From NCBI GenBank assembly GCA_964016885.1, contig CAXHJY010001606.1:17844-81843 (forward strand): a stretch of 64,000 nucleotides of DNA. The letters are read 5' to 3'. The translations under genes and the position numbers were made by a program. This stretch comes from Eledone cirrhosa. Its lineage: Eukaryota. The notes under the pieces were generated by a model. It searched no databases. It saw only the letters and a program-made list of their open reading frames with translations, and was not told the origin of the DNA. Positions 25,297 to 37,937 of this stretch are shown piece after piece (position 1 is the first letter of the stretch; each line of letters opens with the position of its first letter).

Positions 25297-25414
25297 GATA
25301 GACGTTAAACGATGATGATGATATATATATGTAAAAGGTAAACAGAAATAACACAATTGATACAGTATAGGGAAGGAATATATTAGGTTAACGTTTGAAA
25401 TAGCAGGAAGAGGG

Positions 25415-25450
25415 TCTTAACGTTTCGGGCACTACTCCTTCATCAGAAAA
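25415..25450 (-). ncRNA. Degenerate minimal hammerhead (family F)
   Basis: Minus strand tttt-CTGATGA-aggagtagtgccc-GAAA-cg-TT-aaga; palindromic AACGTT stem III; weak stems I and II. Confidence 0.55.
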
Positions 25451-25562
25451 AAGAATGTGAAATAAGATAGATTGAAGGCAAGGGCAGGGTGGAATTTGTA
25501 AAAATATCTTTATATGGTGGAGAGGTTGGAGGAAGGGTTTGAGAGTGGAATGGAGCTGTATG

Positions 25563-25734
25563 CAGGTAAAATTCCGTTATAACGAATACCATTATAACAA
25601 ATTTATCAGTATAACAAAAGTTTTTCCAATCACTGGCTACACACTCGATGTGTTAGGTCGATCTCGTTATAATGAATTTTTGTTACAATTTTTTTTTTAT
25701 ACCCCATGAATTTCATTGTAACGGAATTTCACAG
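25563..25734. mobile_element. Tc1/mariner-pogo-like MITE
   Basis: Imperfect TIRs caggtaaaattccgttataacgaa / ttcattgtaacggaatttcacag followed by TA. Confidence 0.6.
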
Positions 25735-26861
25735 TATATATATATATTTTACTTTCCTTCTTTATTTTATTCTTGCTTTTATCTACAAACCCTAAAATTA
25801 AACTTGATGGAACTCCACTTACACACACACACATACAAGATAAAGGAATACTTTTTATCCACTCGTAGCTATTTTTAGCCATTTTTGCAAACCCTGAAAA
25901 TATCTTGAACTTTTAACGCAATAAAACCCCATGTTAATCAGTGATGATGATTATATATATATATATATATATATTATCGAGAGAGAGAAAGAATCATCAT
26001 ATCCACATTTCCATTCTAGCATGGGTTATACAAGTTGTCCCGTTGTGAGATGAGCCATGTCAGATGACAACATCATGCTCATACAGTTTTGTTTTATTTG
26101 TCATCCTTTGCCTTTTTTATATTTCTACCACATTGCACCAGTTTTTTAAAACTTATATTAAATTACTGTATTTTATCAGAAATATTGTAAATTCATTGAA
26201 TTTCTTGTATCAGTGTAATCCTGTATTTTGTGTCATTGCTCCAATATTTTGAAGCTTCCTTCTTTTTTTTATTCTTCTATATTGTTCTTGCTATTTGTTT
26301 TTGTAAAAGTGGGATTAAGCATTAAATAAAATAAGCAAATGCTGAGGGCTTTGAAGGAAAAGGGGCACTATTTTATTGAAATTAAATGTATCTGTGATTA
26401 AAAGAAACACTTTTTTTCAAACACAAAAGGGCTTAATCCAACTCTGGTTATTGATATTAATCTGTTAATGTCTTTATGGTTTTTGTTGATCTCACCCTTT
26501 TAATCAATTCTTTTGGATTTCACCTTTACAACGTTTGATTCTTGTAACCAATAAAAGAAATTATTATTTAACTGCAGTCTTGTGGATAACTTATACATTA
26601 AAATGTATTTAATACTGGTATGTGTTCATAACACTATCATCTTCCGGTGGCTTAAAAGAAAAGAGAAATGTTATATACATAATGATAATAATAACAAAGG
26701 TAGTATGTACACCATATCCCTGTATGTCATACGAGGTGACTAAGATATGACAGGAAGGACATCCAGACATAAAACTCTCTCAAGAAATCCAATCTAATTA
26801 GTCAGATTGGAAAACCAGACATAAGAGCAATAAGGATGTTGATACATAATACTATAATATA

Positions 26862-27197
26862 TCATCATCATCATCATTTTACGTCCACTTTTCCCTGCTT
26901 GCAAGGGTGGGACGGAAACTGATGCTGGCTTGATTTCTACAGCTGGATGCCTTTCCTAACACCAACCTCATTTACAGTGAGTGCTGGGTGCTTTTTTGCC
27001 GTGGCACCTCCACGACCACTTTGCAGTGGAATGATAGGAACCCATGTCCCTATCATCTCATTTCTACAGCTGAGTAAACTGAAGCAATGTGAAATAAAGT
27101 GTCTTGCTCAAGGAAACAACACATCACCCGGTCTGAGAATTGAACTCACAACCTTTCGATTGCAAGGCCAATGCTCTAACCACTAAGCCATGTGCCT
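26862..27197 (-). mobile_element. tRNA-derived CORE-like SINE (family S2) with RTE family 1 tail
   Basis: Minus strand A-box tggcttagtgg, B-box gagttcaattctc, ccttgagcaagacact core, RTE 3' UTR tail. Confidence 0.85.
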
Positions 27198-27199
27198 CC

Positions 27200-27264
<65 letters not shown>

Positions 27265-27278
27265 TGTGTGTGTATATG

Positions 27279-27636
27279 TCATCATCATCGTTTAACGTCC
27301 ATCTTCCACGCTTGCATGGGTTTGGATGGGAGTTTTCCCACTTGAGGCAAGATTGGTTGTCCTGCTCGCATAGGACTGGCGGGTTTTCTACGGCTGGATG
27401 CCCTTCCTAACACCAACCACGTTTACAGTGTGGACTGGGAGGTTTTTACCATGTTACCTACACGGCCACATTACAGTGTGGACTGTGTGTTTTTTTGTCA
27501 TGACACCTACACGACCTCATTTGTTTCGGACTGAATGTTGTGGTACCAACATAACTTCACATTGAAGGGGGTGGTGTGGATGAGGTGGGGGTAGTGGGAC
27601 AGGGGTGTATTTTTGTTAGAGGTGCCTACTGACTGT
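27279..27636 (-). mobile_element. RTE family 2 3' UTR only
   Basis: Colinear with 55058-55430. Confidence 0.85.
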
Positions 27637-28023
27637 GTGTGTATATATGTGTGTGTATGTGTATATATATATGTATATATATGTGTGTGTGTGTGTATTA
27701 TATATATAGAGAGAGAGGGGGGACCTGCAGCTGAACTTTTGCTGTTTCGACAGCTAATTCCCGGCTAATATAGTTACATCCCAAGTTTCGAGTACTCTGA
27801 TTAATAAAATGGTCTTATTAGTTTAAAACTGGTAAAATCCTGATCTTTCTATGATTTTGTTTATTCAGTTTCTTACAGCATAGTTATGATGTTTCAGCAA
27901 AGTGAACTGGTTGTTTGCTGAGGTTCTTCAGATTACTGAATAAATAGAATTATGTATACTCTATTATCAATATTGAGTTCTGCCTTACTTGTGCACTACT
28001 GAGGACGGTATATATATATATAT

Positions 28024-28141
28024 AATGAAGGAAGTGTGGTAAGGAACCAGATGGACCATAACACACCAGAGTACTCAATATTTAGGGTAGTAGAGTGGGT
28101 AATAGGAAAATGTTTAACCCCGGGGTTAAGCATTTTCCTAT
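28024..28141 (-). mobile_element. Family D fold-back unit
   Basis: Homologous to 31835-31966; loopless palindrome 28102-28121/28122-28141. Confidence 0.7.
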
Positions 28142-28286
28142 ATATATATATATATATAGTGTGTGTGTGTGTGTACATATATATATATGTATGTATATAT
28201 ATATATATTATTATATAACATTCAAATTAAAGGGTGTCATGAATGATACAAAATCAAACATATGATATATGTGTATATATATATAT

Positions 28287-28340
<54 letters not shown>

Positions 28341-28441
28341 ATATATATATATGTATATATATAATGTATATATATATATGTATATATAGTGTGTGTGTAC
28401 ATATGTATATATATATATATGTATATATAGTGTGTGTGTAC

Positions 28442-28481
<40 letters not shown>

Positions 28482-28560
28482 TGTGTGTGTGTGTATATAT
28501 GTATGTATGTATGTATATATATATATATAAAGTGTGTATATATATATATTGTGTATGTAG
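28140..28560. repeat. (TA)n/(TG)n/(CA)n compound microsatellites
   Basis: Direct reading. Confidence 0.9.
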
Positions 28561-30249
28561 TGTTGTTCCTTATTCATAGAAGTATTACTGATAACATACA
28601 TACAAAGTAGTTTTGTTTTTTCAATTTTTTTAATGAAATGGCCATTATAATATGTATAGTTGACTTCAGTTGTCAATTATGATATTGCTTGAACGAACAA
28701 TGTTTTTAGAATATTAAAATAATTTTGATGTAGACTGCACAACTTTTTTGACAATATTGATATAGCTGCTTAAGATTCCATTACTTAACACATCAGGGTG
28801 ACTGGCTTGTCTGTCTCTGTAAGAGGAAGTTATACCAATTGATTCTTAACTTATAAGATTCTCAACTTATATTAGACATTGCAAGACAGAGCAAAATGAT
28901 TGGTCCTCTCCACATTCATCTTGAAGTTACAAAAATGTTTTATGAAAGTCACCCTATGGTACTATCTTTTCAGAGTTGCTTAAAAGCACCATTCATTTTC
29001 TGTCTAGGTCAGGGTATCTTGAGTGATATGTCAATTCATCATCCCCTACCCTATATGAATACCGAATCACAAATTAACCTTCTACATCATTACAGCTATT
29101 CACATTCTATATTCCATTCACTATAAAATTTTCAGTCTTCATTCTTTGACATTTTATATTCTTCTCATTCTTTTGTAAGTAAATCAAGTCTTGAGCTGTC
29201 TCTATAAGAATATTATGGCAATCATAATATTGACAACTACCAACACAACAGTTATGATGATGGTGATGGTAGGACAAAGGGAACAACAATAACTACTACA
29301 GTGACACACAGCTTCTAATATCGTTTTTTCACATAATCATCAGACTAACTGCCATTTTCATGAATACCTGAGTCTAAGATACACATAAAATTGGTTAAAC
29401 CAATATTACTATTATTTCATTATGACTGCAGTTTCAACTGCTAGTTATCATTGTTGTTGTTGCTGCTGTTCTAGTAGTTGTTGCAGTGTTTTGCTGCTGT
29501 TGGTGTTGTTAGAGACTCCGAAAGAAATAGGCGATCAATAATTCATTTATTTGGTCAAAGATTTCAACAGCAACAAAATAAATAAATAAAAATGTTAATA
29601 TATTGTGCGAAAATTTTTAATATCACAAATGTGATAGGGATTTAATAACAAGACAAGGAAGGATATCAGCAAACTTCTTTTGAAGTAAAGTTTTAAGCTA
29701 ATTTGATTAGCAAAAAACCATTCACTGGCACAATTTTGGTGGAATTGAATACGACGATGGTGGGGGGTAAGGTTGGACGGAAGGAAGGAGTGTCAATGAA
29801 AACAAACAAAAATAAAAAATTACGTCATTAAATGATAACAATAATTATAATTTGAATGACCACAAAGAGAGAAAGAGTCCACTTTGTTTTTGTTCTTTTT
29901 GAAATTTTAACTTTTTATTTTGGTTTCTACTCTGTGTGTGCAATCGTGTGTGTGTGAGTGTTTGTTTTTTGTTCTGTTTTGTTTTTTCTAATTTTTAACC
30001 TTATAATTACAATTTTGACATCAGTGTTTAGAAAGTGAAATTAAAAATGAATGGAATTAAAAGGATAAAAAGGAAAGATGAGGAAGTCATAAAAATTTAA
30101 AATATGACTTGAAGATTTTATTGAAAAATAAATGCATGCTCCACAGGTTCTTTTACATCTAACTCTTCACAAATGTGCTGTAAATCTGCAGTGTCTGGAG
30201 TTATTTTTTTAATAATGGAATACATGTTACATACAGTTATTTTAAACTA

Positions 30250-30368
<119 letters not shown>

Positions 30369-30749
30369 GTTTGTGTGTATGTGTAAGTATCTATGTGTAT
30401 GTATATGTACCTATATTTAAAAATATATATGTGTATCTATATGTATGTGTGTGTGTGTATATATATATATATATACTACCATCATTATCTAACATTCCTT
30501 TTTCCTGCTAGCAAGGGTTGGCCGTGTCTTCAAACACCTAGTCATTACTCAAGCAAAGCACCTGACCTTTGAGATGGGCTAGGGAACCCATATCTATCTT
30601 GTTTACATGCATGTTCATGCCCTACTAAGTGCATGTTATGGCTCTGGCACTAGGGAGGTCATGAAATAAATATATACATATTTGTATATACACACACACA
30701 CATATATATATATACACACACACATACACATATAAATGTAAATATATCC

Positions 30750-31245
30750 AGATTCAACCAAAACCAACCACAAACTCAAGTAAACGAACTATATACCTAC
30801 ATTTGACTTCATTTTCCAGACTTTTAGCACTCAATGAAGAGTTAAGCCACACACATCCTTCTAAACTATGTCCCAACCCTCCTGGCAAACCAGTTAATGA
30901 ACTGCACTAATTACTGGTATGGGGATGAGGGATGTTATTAGGCTGCAGCCATCGTATTATGTAGTTTCCATATAACAATAATCGGCAGTGATGAGAACCC
31001 TATTATGCAATTGGCATGAAACTCATGTATAACCATTGCAACCATTAAGAACTACCATTCATCCAAATTCCTTACAAACTTGACCTAATTAATATACATA
31101 CACATCTACACTTATCCCACACTCAACTACCAAAAACCCTGCAAACACACAGCAATTTATTCCAAACCTCTACCCACTTAAATCAACAAACCGACAAACC
31201 TAAGGAATGAAGCAAAGCCATATTCCTAGTCAATAAATAGCTCAG
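30750..31245 (+). mobile_element. Highly decayed LINE 3' region (possibly L2/Rex-like)
   Basis: C/A-skewed sequence ending in KQSHIPS, similar to the terminal RxxxSxIP motif. Confidence 0.3.
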
Positions 31246-31392
31246 TAAATATGACTATGAACCAACATTGAATAATGCAAAACAACAGCAAGAACAGAAA
31301 GGAAAATTAATTATAATAGATAAAAGCAATAGATAAATGCGACAATAAACAGTAAATCTTTACTTAACAAAGAACATTATTACACATGCAAC

Positions 31393-31792
31393 GGGCGGTG
31401 GATTGGCAGTATCAGTAGAGGGTCGGACGCCATGCTTTCCTGCATAGTTACGTCCCTTTACGATCTGAGTTCAAATCCCGCCGAGGTTGACTTTGCCTTT
31501 CATCCTTACGGGGTCGATAAAATAAAGTACCAGTAATGCACTGGGTAATTGCTGGCCTTGTGCCTAAAGTAGAAACAATTATTACACATGCAACAAATAG
31601 GGCAGTGGATTGGTAGAATCGGTAGAGCGTCAAACACCATGCTTTACATTCTGTGTTCAAATACTGCCATGGTTAGCTTAGTCTTTTATCCTTACGAGGT
31701 CGATAAAATAAAGTACCTCTAATGCACTTGGGTCGATTTAATCGATTTTCCCCTCCACTAAAATTGTTGGCCTTGTACCTAAACCAGAAACC
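31393..31792 (+). mobile_element. Two tandem S1 SINEs
   Basis: Two tRNA heads (31393 and about 31600); attattacacatgcaac occurs three times as flank. Confidence 0.88.
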
Positions 31793-31834
31793 ATTATTAC
31801 ACATGCAACTAAAGGTAAATATATATATATAACA

Positions 31835-31966
31835 AATGAGGTGTGGTAAGGAACCAGATGGACCATAACACACCAGAGTACTCGATACTTAGGGTAGTAG
31901 AGTGGGTAATAGGAAATGTTTAACCCCGACGGCAGAACTCAAGCCGTTGGGGTTAAACATGTTCTT
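31835..31966 (-). mobile_element. Family D fold-back unit
   Basis: Hairpin 31916-31960 atgtttaaccccgacggc-agaactcaa-gccgttggggttaaacat. Confidence 0.7.
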
Positions 31967-32722
31967 ATATATATATAGTCCAATCCATACAAGCATATAA
32001 AAATGGATATAAAATGATGATATTAGTGATGATGTGTGTGTGCATGGCTGATTTTGGTTTCTATCCCAGTCCATGAAACCTTGAGAAATGTCTTCCATAG
32101 CCTCAAACTGACCAATGCCTCTCGAGTTATTTTGGTAAGATGGAAACTATAAAGAAAGCTGTTTTGTATATATATATATTCAAATAAGACCATTATTGCT
32201 CCAATCAGTCTACTCACCCTCAACAAATACCCTAAGCTGAATGCCAACCCATCACTCTTGCCAAACAAATCATACTCCCGATCCAAATTCAGTAACTCAA
32301 ATGTGGATCACCTATTCTCCCAGATTCACCTCATGCAACCAGACCTTAATAGCCACTCAATGGGTAAGAGAGATGTTATCAAGCTGATACATACATTTAC
32401 ATATATACATACACACATGTGTATGTATCTGTATTCATTGCATATTTTTCACCAATATACAGGGACATTTTTTAAATGTCCCATAGAAACCACATTACCT
32501 GACCCTCAGTGATTCTACATGCAATGACTACGTGGCCCACTTAAAAAACAAATGTTGGCATCAGGAAAGGCATCTGTCCAAAGAATAGTGCCTCAAAAAC
32601 ATCTCAATCTCCCAAACTTGCTTGAAAAGTGGACATAAAAACAATATTGATTTTGATGATTATATGCAATGGGATAAACCTGTCTAACCCATGCTAGTGA
32701 GGAAAATAGGCATCAAACGATG

Positions 32723-32767
<45 letters not shown>

Positions 32768-32841
32768 GCTATAGAATATACATCATTCTATCCATGTATT
32801 GAGGTTTGTTTCTCACATTTGCACAGCTAAACCTATATATG

Positions 32842-33123
32842 TCATCATCATCATTTTACGTCCACTTTTCCCTGGCTGGACAGGTCCTATTCAGCACAGC
32901 ATCTCTCCACTTGTCACGGTCCTTCATCATCTCCTCGATGAGTTTCTGTGATCTGAGGTCTGCTCTCACCACCTCCGCCCATGTTTTACGTGGTCTACCT
33001 CTTCTGCGTCTTCCTTCTACTGGGATTTCTTGGCACTTCTTTACCCAGCGGTCATCCTCCATGCGCATCACATGTCCATACCATCTCACCCTTCTCTCCT
33101 GCACACCACAACTTATTCCTCTT
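32842..33123 (-). mobile_element. RTE 3' fragment (third subfamily)
   Basis: ERRVRWYGHVMRMEDDRWVKKC..GRPRKTW; (gat)n end. Confidence 0.85.
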
Positions 33124-33343
33124 ATATATATATATGTGTGTGTGTTTTGGTTCCACGACAAAAATCACCCAGTCTACACTGTAAATGATGTCAGCATTAG
33201 GAAGGACATCCAGACGTAGAAACCAAGCCAGAATCAGTTATGTATGAGCAGGACATGGTCACCTAACCTGACTTGCCTCAAATGGAAAACCCGTCTAACT
33301 CTTGCAAGCATGGAAAATTGATATTTGATGATGATGATGATGT

Positions 33344-33376
<33 letters not shown>

Positions 33377-33929
33377 ATATATATAATGTGTGTATTTATG
33401 CATGTGTATGTAATATATTTATTCGTCTTTCAGCCCTTCTAAGTCAATAAATAAAATAAGTAGCAGTCATGTACTGGATTCAATTTAATTGACTTCCCCC
33501 TGCCATTCCCTATAAATTTATGGCTTTTGTAACCAATGCAAAAAAAACATCAATATCATTTACATAAATATTTTTATAAATTCATATTTCTGTATGTATA
33601 TTTAAATGTTTATTCTACTGAAAGAAGGCTTGTTAAGTTTATGTATATGCACCAGCACACTAGCTTATTTATGTTGCTACAAATGTGTTTTATTGATGCG
33701 TTTTTACTTTTCTCACAAACTTAATTAGCAACGAAAACATATATAAATCATACTACTAAACTAAACCAAACCCAGTTTGTGGATAAAGATAGACATGTTT
33801 TGATAGAAATTAAAACAATATTCCAAGATATTTGTGTGAGCTTGTACGAGAAAAGGAAGTAGATACTAATGCCCTATACAGCTGTGTCCTATAATATCCA
33901 AGCATGACAACACAATGAAATCCCTAATA

Positions 33930-34375
33930 TTGGTAAATGGTAATGTTGGTGCCGTAATAAAATACACCCAACCCACTCTGTAAAGTGGTAGTGCTGGTGA
34001 CATGATAAAAACATCCAGTCCACACGATTTGGTGATAGGGCCTGTGTCATAATAAAATGCACTCATCCCACACTGTAAAATAGTAGTGCAGCTGCCACAA
34101 TAAAATGCATCTGCCCCACATTGTAATGTGGTAGTGCTGGTGCCACAATAAAAAACCTCCATACCACCGTGTAGGTGGTAGGGACAGTGCCACTAGAAAA
34201 CAAGACCAGTCCAGGCTGTAAAGTTGTTAGTGTTAGGAAGGATATCCAATTGTAGAAAACCAAACCAAAAACAGATTGTATAAATTGATAAAGTCATCTG
34301 AACTATCAAGCCTCATAATGTGACAGCCTGTCTAACATGGAAAATAGATATATAACAGTGCTGCTGATGATGACT
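33930..34375 (+). repeat. RTE/SINE tail with about 7 diverged ~45-bp subrepeats
   Basis: Recurrent ggtg(a/c)ca..aaaa..c(a)cagtccacactgtaaagtgg, then ttaggaagg..atcca. Confidence 0.65.
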
Positions 34376-35768
34376 GATTAAGAAGCTTGCTTCTCTGCAC
34401 AACTACTAAGTTTTTCCACAGTATCTCAGGCAAGTAGTGTCTTCTAACATAAACTTAGATGAACCAAGTCTTGCGGGTGAAATTTCGGAGACAGAAACCT
34501 TTATGGAAGCCCATTAAATGAGAAACAGGTTGTATAGTATATAACATGGCTTCATTGGAAAAGGTACTGGACAATTGACTGACAACAGGAGTTCTATGTA
34601 TTGCAGAAGTATTATCAGCTCTTCATTCTCCAGTTCACTAAGATGCTGGGGATAGCTATGAAATCGCCAAAGAAATTTTATATTTCTACTCCTGGGTGGT
34701 ACTGCTCAAGTTTCTATGATACCAAAGTGCCTGAAACTGCCCAAGGTTTTATGACACAAAACTGTTTATTCTAAAGTGTTTATATTCATCTAAAAACCTT
34801 TGATCATAATTTTTATGTAAGAATCTTTGTCATGTCATGCTCAAAACACCAGCATAAAAATGAATTCTAATTTAGGCCCTAGGCCAGGAATTTATGGGGA
34901 GGGGAGGTTATGAACCCCAGTACTTTAATAGTACTTTATTTTATCAAGCACCAAAGAAAGAAAGGTAAAGTTGACCTCAACAGGATTTGAAATTGGAATA
35001 TAAAGGGAATAAATTTCACAAAGTCATTTTGTTCAACATTCCCAGTTCTGCCAATCTACTGCTAGCTTTATAATGAGAAAGCTATATTACTAGATATCTT
35101 CAAATTTCTTTTTTTATTATTTTCAAGATGATTTGAAAACTATAAACTCTGCTTTTCATGAGAAATATGGTTATGAAAGGGTTAATAATATACCACTACA
35201 TGACTTTGGGTGTCTTGAGCAAAGTCAGTTGCTGCAAACCCTTTCATTACCATATTTCTAATGAAATACACTGCCTATGTACTTTAATTAATTTTAAAAT
35301 AACCAAAAATTTGAAGGAATTTAATAAAATAACAAAGTTTTTCATTACTAAGCTGATAACTTCTTTCCTTTCTGTCACCAATTTAGGAAGCCTTTTTCCC
35401 TTTAATTCAAGTGAAAAATAAATAATTAAATAAATAAAAATGGCAAGCTTATCTTCGTTGTTATTCTCTACACATATAGCAGAACAATGTATACAAAATT
35501 TGTGAGTAATTCACGTGTTAATCTCACTTATTGTGTTTCTGTGTTTTGCACTTTCTTCTAATTAATATATTCCCTGATCATATTCAAGTGTCATATTTTT
35601 AACCCTTTTGATACCTACCCAACCATAACAAGAGAGATGGATCCAGAGATACTTTACATGATTTTTGCAACTATTATTTTGGTCATTTGCCTTGGCATGC
35701 ACACATTTCAAATTTCATACTTCATTTAATGTGTTGTTTATTTGATTATAACTCTTGAGATGAAATGG

Positions 35769-36083
35769 TAATAAAAATACCACTGAAGTCAGGCAGTGTT
35801 ATTTCATGGTCAGACATGAGCAGTATTGTCTTTTTAAAGGATAGTTACCAAGAAACTATTCACATTAATATAATAAGAATACCACTGAAGTGAGGCAGTG
35901 TTATTTCATGATCAGACATGAGCAGTATTGTCTTTTTAAAGGATAGTTACCAAGAAACTATTCACATTAATATAATAAAAATACCACTGAAGTGAGGCAG
36001 TGTTATTTCATGGTCAGACATGAGCAGTATTGTCTTTTTAAAGGATAGTTACCAAGAAACTATTCACATTAATATGATAAGAA
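35769..36083. repeat. 102-bp tandem repeat x3.1
   Basis: Units start at 35769, 35871 and 35973 with only a few mismatches. Confidence 0.95.
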
Positions 36084-36485
36084 ACCTAGATTAGACAAAG
36101 TGGTCTGATAATATTATATTTATCTCAAATTTAGTGCTTGGCTGCCATAGCAACATGTAAATACACTTTTTCATAGATGTTAATGCAGACACTTGCATGT
36201 TTAAACTCATACATTTACATACATGCTCACACACATATATATATACACACATGCACTCACACATATAGAGTATTTATGGATGATTAAAGATGTTATATTG
36301 TCATTATTCAGAGATTTTCTCTGAACAATCATCCAATGACTGGAAAACAAATTAAAATAATTTTTGAAACTATATATCACACCCGTTTAAGCAATCTATT
36401 AATTATTATATTAATCTAATCAACCAATTAGTCATCCATTCCACTTTACACACACAGATATATATATATATATGTGTAATATAGG

Positions 36486-36670
36486 TAATATAGAAATGGC
36501 TTGTGCAGAAGAACTGTTTCATTCGAAGGAAATCATCAGCTTCCCTGATGATTTCCTTCAAATGAAACAGTTCTAGTCCTGTAGAAGCCTTTTCTATATT
36601 AAACATTTATACTTTGCTATGTATTGAGTACCTTACTTATTGTTGGTAACCCCAATTGAACCTGGGATAC
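36486..36670. mobile_element. Palindromic HHR element (family C)
   Basis: Inverted arms 36486-36601 plus tail gtattgagtacctta. Confidence 0.8.
36539..36588 (+). ncRNA. Type I hammerhead ribozyme (family C)
   Basis: gcttc(c)-CTGATGA-tttccttcaaat-GAAA-cag-ttctagtc-ctg-TA-gaagc. Confidence 0.7.
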
Positions 36671-37330
36671 ACACATACACACACAATATATAATACACAA
36701 ACACCCCTACTATCTAATGCATCCACACATTTGAGCCAATGAGGGAAACTGCTAGAAAAGCAGCCAAATATGGTCAACAGTGTATATTTTTTTGTAAGGA
36801 ATGCCACATTAGACAATGCCAGCACTGATATACAAAAATACAGGATGGTCATGAATGGACTACCTTTGGTCATAGGTTTTTTTCAATCATAGAAGAAATA
36901 GACTGAACAAAATCAACAACACAAATATCTCTTCTCTCTCCTGCCATTGTAAGACAAATACTGAAGCTGTGTTTTCTATAACATAATAATGTTCTTACTG
37001 GTTATGGCACCTGGAAATTGTGGTTTACTATTCCTTCTGTGTTAATAATTGAAGTAACTATAGAGCAAACTAGAAAAATGTACAAATATTGTGATGACAG
37101 TTTCATTTCAGCAGAGTTTGCTAAAATCTATTAGTTGGGTGTGTCAGCAAGAGATATAAAGGAGTTAGTGGTGAAACAGATAAACAGTTTCTCTTTACAG
37201 ATAGACACACGTAAACACACGTGTGTGCACTCAGGTATACATGCACTCTCTCTCTCTCACACACACACACCCACAAATATATATACATATGTAAACGTAT
37301 CTCATCATGCATGAATGTGTTTTTGTTTGC

Positions 37331-37391
<61 letters not shown>

Positions 37392-37888
37392 ATTGGGCTG
37401 TGTATGCAACACTGATCAGTAAACAATGACGAAATTAGATTCAAGCACTCAACGACATGTGTATCCTTCCAAATGTGATTTGCTAGTCCATGATAGAGTA
37501 AGAAGTGCTTGTGGTACAGAAATCAGAAAGATCATATATCTAGGGGTAGTTTTGATGTATGTTTAGGTACAGAATTTGATATTAGAAATTAGTAAAATTA
37601 CAATGGAGGGTCCTCTCCATCCATTTTGTCTGGTTTGTTGGCTTTTTCATATTGAACAAGCCTCCAGTCCACCTGAAATGGTGAATGCCTGCTCTGTTTC
37701 TGCTGATTTAACATTCTTACATTATATAGCTCAAAGTGAACATGCCTGAAAGCCAGTCAATATGTAGAGGGTCCTCAATTGGGATTTTACCAATTTATAT
37801 ATGTATCCTGGTTTCTAGAATAGGTACACTGTATCCCTGCATGGAAAAATGGAAGTGAAAAACTATGGCAATGAGGATGATGATGATA

Positions 37889-37934
<46 letters not shown>

Positions 37935-37937
<3 letters not shown>

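Noticed and set aside
27125-27197. tRNA-like sequence (also 45165-45235 and the S1 heads)
   Set aside because: SINE heads: no acceptor stem, and contiguous with SINE bodies
29315-29348. Minus-strand CTGATGA..GAAA
   Set aside because: No stem I or stem II pairing
35769-36083. CRISPR-like periodicity (also 49140-49440)
   Set aside because: Whole units repeat with no unique spacers; eukaryotic context and no cas genes
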